Shown in pieces: positions 9,601 to 17,371 of a stretch of DNA of 32,000 nucleotides. Source of the DNA: Lysobacter enzymogenes (GTDB taxonomy: Bacteria > Pseudomonadota > Gammaproteobacteria > Xanthomonadales > Xanthomonadaceae). Within the stretch, counting starts at the first letter, position 1, and the number at the start of each line of letters is the position of its first letter. Position numbers and translations under genes: made by a program. The stretch spans positions 6,043,271-6,075,270 of the forward strand of contig NZ_CP067396.1 in the NCBI RefSeq assembly GCF_023617245.1, written 5' to 3'. The notes below the pieces were generated by a model. The model was given only the letters and a program-made list of their open reading frames with translations. It was not told the origin of the DNA and did not search any database.

Positions 9601-11300
9601 ACGAGCTGAAATACTGCTACGACCGCTTCGGCCGGATCGTGCGCAAGGTCCAGATCGTCGCCGGCAGGAGCTTCACCCTGCAATACGCCTACACCCTGGG
9701 CGGCAGCCTGAGCGCCATCACTTATCCGGACGGCGTCGTCGTGGATTACGTTCGCGATGCCCAGTCCCGCATCAAGGAAATCGGGGTCCGGCCGAGTGGT
9801 GGCATCCGCACGACGCTCTTAAGCAATGCCACCTACGAACCGTTCGGGCCGGTGAGCGGCTGGACCTACGGCAACGGCCGTACTCTCAACCGCACTTACG
9901 ATCAAGATTACCGTCCGAAAACCATCCTGGACAGCGCCAGCGGCGGCTTGTCGCTGGGTTACGGCTACAACTCCGCCGGGGAATTGACCGAACTCAAGGA
10001 CGGTCTGCAAAGCACCCTTCAGGCAAAGTATGAATACGATACCTTGGGCCGATTGACGGTTACCCGAGACAGCGCGTCCAACGCACTGGACACCTACGGG
10101 TACGACAAAACCGGCAATCGCAAAAGCCTGCTGCATGGAGGCATTACCGACGCCTACGTCTATCCGGTCACCAGCCACCGACTGACCAGCGTGTCCGGCG
10201 TGCCGCGCGGTTACGATGCGGCAGGCAATACCGTCAGCATCGGCAGTACCGCCAAGGAGTTCGTCTACAACGCCAACGACCGTCTGAGCCAGTTCAAGCA
10301 AGGCGGCGCCATCAAGGCCAGCTACAGCTACAACGCGGCGGGCGAGCGGGTCGCGACCACGGGCGCGACGACGGCCGCGATCGATACGTACACCTTGTAC
10401 GACGAAGACGGTAGCTGGATCGGCGATTACAACAGTGCCGGTGCGGCCAAGCAGCAAGCCGTGTGGTTCGATAGCGTACCGGTCGGCCTGGTCATCGGCA
10501 GCGGCAGCACGCAGTCCCTACAGTATGTGCAGCCCGATCATTTGGGCACGCCACGCGCGGTGATTGATCCGGCCCGCAACGTTGCGATCTGGACGTGGGA
10601 TGCTAAGAGCGAGGCATTCGGTAACAGCCCGCCCAATCAAGATCCCGATCTAGACGGCACCGCATTTATGTTCAACATGCGGTTCCCGGGGCAGCGGTTC
10701 GACCCCGCTAGCGGACTCGTCTACAACTATTTCCGCGACTATGATCCAGGTACTGGCCGATATGTCCAAAGTGACCCGATTGGTTTGATTGGTGGGACAA
10801 GTACCTATATCTACGTTGGTGCCGCCCCATTGGCTTACGTCGATCCGCTCGGCCTTCAGGCAGGATGCCAGCCGACGGGACTGGCATGGTGTCAGCAAAA
10901 GTGCGCGGCGGCCGGACTGACCATGAAAGCGTGTGTTACTACGCCAGCACTTTTAGGTTTAGTCCGAGAAGAGCAATGCGATTGCGATGATAGCTGCCCG
11001 ATCGACAAATATGAAAATCCTGGGACCCATGACCCGTCAAATCGCGGAAGGAACCCCTACAATAGCACTAAGAGTAAACTCCCTACTGACCACGAGGATT
11101 TGTGGCGGCAGAGCAGAGCGGGACCAGATGGGAATCGATGGACCAAAGTCGGTAATGGAAAAAACGCCGAGTACCACCGCTTTCAGAATGACGGAAACGG
11201 TAACTGGCACTGGAACGGTTCGACATCGGGCAAGACTGCGAACGGCGCGCCACGTGCGATTAGAATCAATGACGTACCCAGTTCAGTTCAGAGGTGGTGA
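6684..11300 (+). CDS. full-length Rhs/YD-repeat polymorphic toxin with variable C-terminal toxin domain
   Basis: There are dozens of YD repeats (YDSAGRLQTV, YDALGNPDRT, YDPLGRLVRT, YDAAGQLATK and others). An N-terminal GDPINAGNANKFE plug-like segment is present. The Rhs core ends with DPIGL...VDPLGL at 10842-10856, followed by an AT-richer 147-codon tail. The start is ambiguous: ATG 6684, or GTG 6843 with AAGG 8 nt upstream. Confidence 0.93.
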   Translation: MDRPHIDMETSRPALSPRGFERPSKVASRSPAFSRTLARIGELRACILQKAYTVITPANGTQPGPDAISKRRPSPRTSWRTAILRAASLALLACASWSASACEETYRYSVYPSHRILEGTCKTHAEAMAACKATVQALGHPEHCTYTPSAGWLNIGGGNWYFVKYSADPQNARPEKNMGAPDCPGQCFGDPINAGNANKFESKVEYRGDGPFPLEFSWTYNYLLLWDTLPPNAYVLGGNRTFNYGSRATRWALPTGAARVFISRPDGKVAAFKKPASGNEWVPYASVTTRLLETPTGWEYEDEDGHIEVFDSAGLLTQIRSPDGYRQLLTYDSAGRLQTVTDPLGRQLGFQYNAANLISQLDLPDGRTIKLAYTPEKRLTVVEYQDGTKVKYLYDEVGYIGSSMYVTGALTGVEDESGARYSSTRYSADRAKGTELAGSLDQYTSSYTSSDNGTFMTYAQIGLPSGASRKLNLASVNGRIVPTKIVTECSGCTPRTVSYTYDLNGHYDVINDNGVVTDYDYDARGRLLKQVEAASDISGLRRTTQTDWHADFRVPTARRVYDASNALAINETWTYNARGQALTHSQLDVSGTAPARTITTTYCEQADVDAGRCPVIGLPTLVDGPRTDVADTLSYSYYASDDSGCATGPSSCDHRKGDVWKATNALGHVVLEALRYNGAGQLLSSKNSNDVVTDYEYHARGWPTAVKVRGSDDSVETDDRITRIEYRPTGLVERITLPDGDYLRYAYDDAHRLTDVFDQAGNTVHYTLDATGNRKQEDVKTVSGTLKRTMSRVYNLYNELSAIKDASQNATGFTYDALGNPDRTTDALGRITDQDYDPLGRLVRTLQDVGGLEVQTDVRYNARDQIIQVTDPNRLATHYRYNGFGDHIQLESPDTGITDYTYDAAGQLATKKDANDAAANRYTYDALGRPKAIFYTATGPADVEYDYDTVNTECTAGQTFALGRLTASRTEGNELKYCYDRFGRIVRKVQIVAGRSFTLQYAYTLGGSLSAITYPDGVVVDYVRDAQSRIKEIGVRPSGGIRTTLLSNATYEPFGPVSGWTYGNGRTLNRTYDQDYRPKTILDSASGGLSLGYGYNSAGELTELKDGLQSTLQAKYEYDTLGRLTVTRDSASNALDTYGYDKTGNRKSLLHGGITDAYVYPVTSHRLTSVSGVPRGYDAAGNTVSIGSTAKEFVYNANDRLSQFKQGGAIKASYSYNAAGERVATTGATTAAIDTYTLYDEDGSWIGDYNSAGAAKQQAVWFDSVPVGLVIGSGSTQSLQYVQPDHLGTPRAVIDPARNVAIWTWDAKSEAFGNSPPNQDPDLDGTAFMFNMRFPGQRFDPASGLVYNYFRDYDPGTGRYVQSDPIGLIGGTSTYIYVGAAPLAYVDPLGLQAGCQPTGLAWCQQKCAAAGLTMKACVTTPALLGLVREEQCDCDDSCPIDKYENPGTHDPSNRGRNPYNSTKSKLPTDHEDLWRQSRAGPDGNRWTKVGNGKNAEYHRFQNDGNGNWHWNGSTSGKTANGAPRAIRINDVPSSVQRW

Positions 11301-11770
11301 TGGCTATCTTCGCTGGAGATAAGTCGACGTTTGCCATCGAGGCGAGCATTGACAAGAGGGACGGACCGCCCTTCGGCAACGTACGAATATGGCTGAGCGG
11401 CAATTATGTTGGCGCCTATGAGGACCAAGTTCCGATTTTAACTTTTCTTTCAAGAATGAAACGGCTCCTTGATCTTAACATCGACACTGACGGCGCTTTC
11501 TTAAAGTCGAACGAAGCATTTTATAATGCTGTTATGGATGGAACGATGGAGGATGGCGATAGATATCGGCTCGGACTAGGCGAGTCTTTCGATGATTTCT
11601 CGCTCATCGGATTTCTAGATGACAAGCTCATTCGAATCATCTGGATTTTGCATGACGACCCTTTCTTTCAGTATCCGAACTATCCGACAGGACTTCAGAG
11701 CGCAACGATCTCAGTAGATCTCTTTCGATTTGTCGTCGACCAATTCGAGAGTTCTGTAAGAAGTAGCTGA
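11300..11770 (+). CDS. putative cytoplasmic immunity protein for the main Rhs C-terminal toxin
   Basis: Its ATG overlaps the rhs TGA by 1 nt (TGATG). It is AT-richer than the rhs core, has no signal peptide and is acidic. Its position is typical of an rhs immunity gene. No family recognised with confidence. Confidence 0.7.
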   Translation: MAIFAGDKSTFAIEASIDKRDGPPFGNVRIWLSGNYVGAYEDQVPILTFLSRMKRLLDLNIDTDGAFLKSNEAFYNAVMDGTMEDGDRYRLGLGESFDDFSLIGFLDDKLIRIIWILHDDPFFQYPNYPTGLQSATISVDLFRFVVDQFESSVRSS

Positions 11771-11794
11771 TGGATGATTATTTTTATATATTCG

Positions 11795-11822
11795 AGGCCC
11801 CGGCAACGGGGCCTTTCTTTTT
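11795..11822 (+). terminator. rho-independent terminator / cassette-boundary hairpin, copy 1
   Basis: AGGCCCCG-GCAA-CGGGGCCT followed by TTCTTTTT. Confidence 0.7.
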
Positions 11823-11864
11823 ACTCGCTCCTGCAGTATTGACCTGCGCTGTTCCCACAGTTGA

Positions 11865-13064
11865 CTGTTACACGGCGGCATCACCGATGCCTACGTTTAC
11901 CCTACCACCAGCCACCGGCTGAGCAGCGTGGCCGGCGTGGCGCGTGGTTACGACACGTCCGGCAACACCACCAGCATCGGCGCTGCCAAGGAGTTCGTCT
12001 ACAACGCTAACGATCGGTTGAGCCAGTTCAAACAGGCCGGCGTCACCAAGGCCAGCTACCGCTACAACGCGAATGGCGAACGGATCGCGACCACGGGTGC
12101 GACGACGACCATGATCGACACGTACACGTTGTACGACGAGGACGGCCACTGGATCGGCGATTACGACAGCACCGGCGCGGCCAAGCAGCAGGCCGTGTGG
12201 TTCGGCAACGCGCCGGTCGGTTTGGTGGTCGGCGGCGGTAGCACTCAGACCCTGCATTACGTGCAGCCGGACCATTTGGGCACGCCGCGCGCGGTCATCG
12301 ACCCGAGTCGCAATGTCGCCATCTAGACCTGGCACGCCAAGAGCGAGGCGTTCGGCAACAGCCCGCCGAATCAGGACCCGGATCTGGACGGCACCGCGTT
12401 CGTGTTCAACATGCGGTTCCCAGGGCAGCGTTATGAATCGAACACCGGACTGGTATATAACTATTTCCGCGACTATGACCCAGCCATAGGGCGCTACATT
12501 CAGAGTGACCCAATCGGATTGTCTGGAGGCATTAGCAGCTACACTTACGCATACTCCAGCCCTCTTGAGCTATCCGACCCATTTGGATTGAGGCCTGGCG
12601 ATTGCTATCGCAGCCCTGATATCGCAGCTGCAAACGCGATTGTCGAATCACTCCCATTGTCTCAAAAAAATAACTGGGAGTATGGCAGCTGGATATATAG
12701 AACAAAAAATGGCTACTATTCATACATGGAACCTCGAACTAGCTATGACGATGAGTATGTAAACTCGGGAGACCCGCCTCCGGGCGTCGTATCACTTGGA
12801 AAATGGCATACTCACGCTCGGGAGCCCTATCCTGCAAAGCCAGTTCGGGAAACTCTTTCTGGAGGCGACATACAGATACCTTATGGTCAACTCGCATGGA
12901 TAGGCACCCCTTCCGGGAAAATACTTAGATACAGCAGCATGGGTAGAGGAGATGCTGTGCCACTGCCCAGACCTTCGCCGAACAATCAAGATGCATGCGA
13001 TTGCAACGCGCCCAGAGAAAAGAGCATTACCGAAAAAATAATGGAATTCCTAGGCATTAACTGA
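11865..13064 (+). pseudogene. orphan rhs C-terminal cassette 1 (DUF4329-like toxin), interrupted by an in-frame TAG
   Basis: Homology to main rhs codons (LHGGITDAY...) starts directly after a TGA at 11862-11864, so there is no N-terminal part. An in-frame TAG at 12324-12326 sits where the paralogs have TGG (IWTW). The core ends with DPFGL at 12576-12590. The tail EYGSWIYRTKNGYYSYMEP...GVVSLGKWHTH resembles DUF4329. Confidence 0.8.
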
Positions 13065-13073
13065 GAGCTGACA

Positions 13074-13409
13074 ATGAAAATCGCCATGAATGCAGCGATC
13101 ACGGCACTGATTCTCGCGTCTTTCACCCCAATGCGAGTCGGAGCGAGCGAGCCGCCCGCCCGCTTGATAAAAGCCGCCGAGATCGCCATATCGTCATATT
13201 CCAAAAATATCTCTGAAAGGCACACAGCGCCTGGCAGAGATGGCGATTACATGCGAGACATAAATAGCTACGACGTAGGTATAAGTCAGAATTCAAAGCA
13301 TTTTGTATTCATTTTCTTAGTGCGCAACAAAAATTTCTCCGGCGGTGGCGGAGAAATTTGGGTATCAAAGGAAAGCTTGAAAGTGGAAAGAACTTCCAAC
13401 TATTTTTAG
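13074..13409 (+). CDS. putative exported immunity protein for orphan cassette 1
   Basis: It starts 9 nt after the toxin stop. The N-terminal signal peptide is MKIAMNAAITALILASFTPMRVGASE. It is AT-rich and 111 aa long. Confidence 0.6.
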   Translation: MKIAMNAAITALILASFTPMRVGASEPPARLIKAAEIAISSYSKNISERHTAPGRDGDYMRDINSYDVGISQNSKHFVFIFLVRNKNFSGGGGEIWVSKESLKVERTSNYF

Positions 13410-13451
13410 CGCATGCCTCTTGACTAAAATCAGGTAAGTGATGCGCATAAG

Positions 13452-13477
13452 AAAGGCCCCGGCAACGGGGCTTTTTT
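13452..13477 (+). terminator. rho-independent terminator / cassette-boundary hairpin, copy 2
   Basis: AAAGGCCCCG-GCAA-CGGGGCTTTTTT. Confidence 0.7.
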
Positions 13478-14099
13478 GGGCCAAGGCGACACCACCGATC
13501 GCAGCTGCTCCTGTCGTTGTCGGCCGAAGGAACGCGACCTCGCATCCCCGAGCGCTCCGACGACGGCGCTAGCGCTGAGTCCATGCGCCCAAGCCTCGCC
13601 AGTTCATCCTGCAGGTCATAGGTGATGTCGGCCAAGCCACGCACTTCGATTGCGGACTCCGACTGGATGTGGGCGGTGCGTACGCTCGACACGAGCGCCA
13701 CATCGACGGGACGGAAAGCCTCCGCCTCCCGAGTCTTGGCATCAGCCATCAACGCGTGGCCGAGCATGACGCGCTTACGCGACGACCGGCGTGCTGACGG
13801 CGCCGGCTCAAGTCGCTCCTCCCGCTAGCCGCAGATCCAGCCGATGTCGGCGCAGAGTTTCAGTAGCTTCGCCTCGAGGCTGTCGCGTAGGACGGTCACC
13901 TTGAGCGTCCAGACCGCTCGTCGCGGTTGATTGCGCTCCATGTTCTTCAATGTTGCTTCGTGCTCGTAGTTGACCAGCGAACACGATGGGGTCAGGTCGG
14001 CGGGAGCTCAAGCGCTTTCGCGATGCTGTGACGGTGGTGATGGTCGTGACGGTGCATCCCGACCTTTACCTACGCGCGAAAACGGAGGTATATCCGTAG

Positions 14100-16865
14100 G
14101 TGCGCCCCGCCCACCGCCGCGCAGTCGTCGATACGTTAAGCTACCGCTACTACGCGTCGGACGACAGCGGCCGTGCCTCCACGCCCAGCAACTGCGGCCA
14201 TCGCAAGGGCGACCTGTGGAAAACCACTAACGCGCTAGGTCAGGTAACCCTGGAAGCGCTGCGTTACAACGGCGCAGGCCAGTTGCTATCGTCCATGAAC
14301 TCTAACGGCGTGGTCACGGATTACGAGTACCAAGCGCGCGGATGGCCGATTGCGGTCAAGGTGCGTGGCTCCGACGACAGCGCCGAGACCGACGATCGGA
14401 TCACCCGCATCGACTACAGCCCTACCGGTCTGGTCGAGCGGATCACCCTGCCCGATGGCGACTACCTGCGTTATGCGTATGACGACGCGCATCGCCTGAC
14501 CGACGTGTTCGACCAGGCGGGCAACACGCTGCATTACACCCTCGACGCGACCGGAAACCGAAAGCAGGAAGACGTCAAAACCGCATCTGGCACGCTAAAG
14601 CACACCATGTCGCGCGTCTACAATCTCTACAACGAACTGAGCGCGATCAAGGACGCTTCGCAGAACGCGACCGGCTTCACGTACGACGCCCTGGGCAATC
14701 CGGACCGGACTACCGATGCGCTGGGCCGGGTCACCGACCAGGATTACGATCCGCTCGGGCGGCTGGTGCGCAGTCTTCAAGACACCGGAGGACTGGAAGC
14801 CCAGACGGATGTCCGCTACAACGCGCGGGATCAGATCATCCAGGTGACCGACCCGAACCGTTTGGCGACCCACTACCGCTACAACGGTTTCGGCGACCAT
14901 ATCCAGTTGGAAAGTCCCGACACCGGGATCACCGACTACACCTACGACGCCGCCGGCCAATTGGCGACCAAGAAAGACGCCAACGACGCGGCCGCGAACC
15001 GCTACACCTACGACGCGCTGGGTCGACCGAAGGCGATCTTCTACACCGCGACCGGCCCGGCCGATGTCGAGTACGACTATGACACCGTCAATAGCGAGTG
15101 CACCGCTGGGCAAACCTTCGCCCAGGGTCGCTTGACCGGGAGTCGGACCGAAGGCAACGAGCTGAAGTACTGCTACGACCGCTTCGGACAGGTCGTGCGC
15201 AAGGTGCAGATCGTCGCGGGCAAGAGCTTCACGCTGCAGTACGCTTACACGCCAGGCGGCAAACTGAGCGCGGTCACCTACCCCGATGGCGCCATGGTCG
15301 ATTACGTCCGGGACGCACAAGCCCGTATCAAGGAAATCGGGGTCCGGCCGAGTGGTGGCATCCGCACGACGCTCTTAAGCAATGCCACCTACGAACCGTT
15401 CGGGCCGGTGAGCGGCTGGACCTACGGTAACGGCCGCGTCCTGAGCCGTACCTACGATCAGGATTATCGTCCCAAGACCATCCTGGATAGCGCCAGCGGT
15501 GGCTTGTCGTTGGGCTACGGCTACAACACAGTCGGCGAACTGGCCGAACTCAAGGATGGCCTCCAAAGCGCGGTCCAAGCCAAGTACGACTACGACACGC
15601 TCGGCCGGCTGACGGTTACCCGTGACGGCACATCCAACGCGCTAGACACCTACGGGTACGACAAGACCGGCAATCGCACGAGTCTGACCCACGGCGGCAT
15701 TACCGATGCCTACGCCTATCCCCTGCCCAGCCACCGGCTGAGCAACGTGGCCGGCGTGGCACGCGGTTACGACGCGGCCGGCAACACCACCAGCATCGGC
15801 GGTACCGCCAGGGAATTCGTCTACAACGCCAACGACCGGCTGAGCCAGTTCAAGCAGGCCGGCGCCATCAAGGCCAGCTACCGCTACAACACAGCGGGCG
15901 AGCGGGTCGCGACCACGGGCGCCACGACGACGACGATCGATACATACACGCTGTACGACGAGGACGGCAACTGGATCGGCGATTACGACAGCACCGGTGC
16001 GGCCAAGCAGCAGGCCGTGTGGTTCGGCAGCGCGCCGGTCGGCCTGGTCATCGGCAGCGGCAGCACGCAGACCTTGCACTATGTGCAGCCGGATCATCTG
16101 GGCACACCGCGCGCGGTCATCGACCCGAGCCGCAACGTCGTCATCTGGAATTGGGACGCCAAGAGCGAGGCGTTCGGCAACAGCCCGCCGAACCAAGACC
16201 CGGATCAGGACGGCACCGCGTTCGTGTACAACATGCGGTTCCCGGGGCAGCGTTTTGATGCAGCAAGCGGATTGGTCTACAACTATTTCCGAGATTACGA
16301 TCCGAGCACCGGGCGGTATATACAAAGCGATCCGATAGGATTGCAGGGCGGAGCCAGCACATATGGGTATGCGGAAAGCAATCCGCTTTCTAGGATTGAT
16401 CCGTATGGCTTGCTTTCCTATCTCTGTCAGAAAGGCAAAAACATAGGAATTGCATTGCCCATCTACTTCACAGGGGGAAAAGCCGCTGACTACCAGCGTA
16501 TAGCTGGCGCGATCGAAAAGGCGTGGTCGAAGAGCTTTGGACCCTGGTATAACGTAAAGTTAAAGGTACTAATCCAGAGCAAGCCCACGACGTCAGCCAA
16601 CTTCGTCAAGATAATTCCAGGACAGCAAGACTCATGGGTGCTTGATGAAGGGGTCAAGACCTTTTTTGGAAAATGGTCACAAACCCCTTACCATTCAGAT
16701 GACCGAGACTACGCTCATGAAGCAGGCCATTTAATGGGAATTGATCATAACCCGACCCGAAGCCTGATGGATATTTATGCAACAGAGCCGGAGCCAACTA
16801 TCAATGACCTCGAGGAACTACTTGAGAGCGATGCAAACAGGCGCGTCTGTGGTTGCGAAAAATAG
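14100..16865 (+). CDS. 5'-truncated Rhs protein with metzincin-type zinc-metallopeptidase C-terminal toxin
   Basis: It is colinear with main rhs 8571-10856 at a constant offset of 5556 nt with no indels. GTG 14100 is preceded by GGAGG (14084-14088) and an in-frame TAG (14097-14099). The core ends with DPYGL at 16398-16412. The tail contains HEAGHLMGIDH (16716-16748), which is HExxHxxGxxH. Confidence 0.85.
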   Translation: MRPAHRRAVVDTLSYRYYASDDSGRASTPSNCGHRKGDLWKTTNALGQVTLEALRYNGAGQLLSSMNSNGVVTDYEYQARGWPIAVKVRGSDDSAETDDRITRIDYSPTGLVERITLPDGDYLRYAYDDAHRLTDVFDQAGNTLHYTLDATGNRKQEDVKTASGTLKHTMSRVYNLYNELSAIKDASQNATGFTYDALGNPDRTTDALGRVTDQDYDPLGRLVRSLQDTGGLEAQTDVRYNARDQIIQVTDPNRLATHYRYNGFGDHIQLESPDTGITDYTYDAAGQLATKKDANDAAANRYTYDALGRPKAIFYTATGPADVEYDYDTVNSECTAGQTFAQGRLTGSRTEGNELKYCYDRFGQVVRKVQIVAGKSFTLQYAYTPGGKLSAVTYPDGAMVDYVRDAQARIKEIGVRPSGGIRTTLLSNATYEPFGPVSGWTYGNGRVLSRTYDQDYRPKTILDSASGGLSLGYGYNTVGELAELKDGLQSAVQAKYDYDTLGRLTVTRDGTSNALDTYGYDKTGNRTSLTHGGITDAYAYPLPSHRLSNVAGVARGYDAAGNTTSIGGTAREFVYNANDRLSQFKQAGAIKASYRYNTAGERVATTGATTTTIDTYTLYDEDGNWIGDYDSTGAAKQQAVWFGSAPVGLVIGSGSTQTLHYVQPDHLGTPRAVIDPSRNVVIWNWDAKSEAFGNSPPNQDPDQDGTAFVYNMRFPGQRFDAASGLVYNYFRDYDPSTGRYIQSDPIGLQGGASTYGYAESNPLSRIDPYGLLSYLCQKGKNIGIALPIYFTGGKAADYQRIAGAIEKAWSKSFGPWYNVKLKVLIQSKPTTSANFVKIIPGQQDSWVLDEGVKTFFGKWSQTPYHSDDRDYAHEAGHLMGIDHNPTRSLMDIYATEPEPTINDLEELLESDANRRVCGCEK

Positions 16866-17304
16866 TCTAGCTATTGCGCTTATCCTCATCGCATCGGGAT
16901 GCAAGGATGAGAAACGCGACGAATTTGTTATCAGTGACCGATTTTCCCTCTGCGCACCAAACGAGGAAATTATTTCAACATCACTCAAAAATGGCATCGA
17001 CGCAACAAAAGGCGATATCTGGATCGGTCGCGACAAGGCCGAAATCGTCATTGATGCGCATCCATACTACCCACTGCGCGAAAAAGTTAAATCACACGAG
17101 AATGCCAAGCCTGGAATTACCCACATAGACTCGGGCAGATATACTTTCCCCTCGGGACCGGGAGAGAGGGAGTTCAACCTGTCCACTTATCGCCTTGAAG
17201 ATGGCAGGACTATTTTCATAGTCCTCTCCGGGGCATCAGATAATACAACCCGCGAATCGCTCATAAATATTCAAAATAAACTATGCCCCTGCGGGAGCTG
17301 TTAA
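16831..17304 (+). CDS. putative lipoprotein immunity protein for the metallopeptidase toxin
   Basis: MQTGASVVAKNSLAIALILIASGC has a lipobox-like ASG-C. It overlaps the rhs 3' end by 35 nt and is AT-rich. The start is uncertain: ATG 16804, ATG 16831 or GTG 16849. Confidence 0.6.
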   Translation: MQTGASVVAKNSLAIALILIASGCKDEKRDEFVISDRFSLCAPNEEIISTSLKNGIDATKGDIWIGRDKAEIVIDAHPYYPLREKVKSHENAKPGITHIDSGRYTFPSGPGEREFNLSTYRLEDGRTIFIVLSGASDNTTRESLINIQNKLCPCGSC

Positions 17305-17327
17305 CGATAGATCCATCTCTAAAAAAA

Positions 17328-17354
17328 GGCCTCGGCAACGGGACCTTTCTTTTT
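17328..17354 (+). terminator. cassette-boundary hairpin, copy 3 (degenerate)
   Basis: GGCCTCG-GCAA-CGGGACC followed by TTTCTTTTT. Relative to the other copies it has one mismatch and one G:U pair. Confidence 0.5.
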
Positions 17355-17371
17355 GTGCTGTAGCTACAGAA

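Noticed and set aside
13309-13767. 152-aa minus ORF as an intact gene
   Set aside because: Its 3' half runs through the terminator hairpin and the end of the plus-strand immunity gene. Its 5' side continues past an in-frame TAG. It is discussed only as a probable broken gene fragment.
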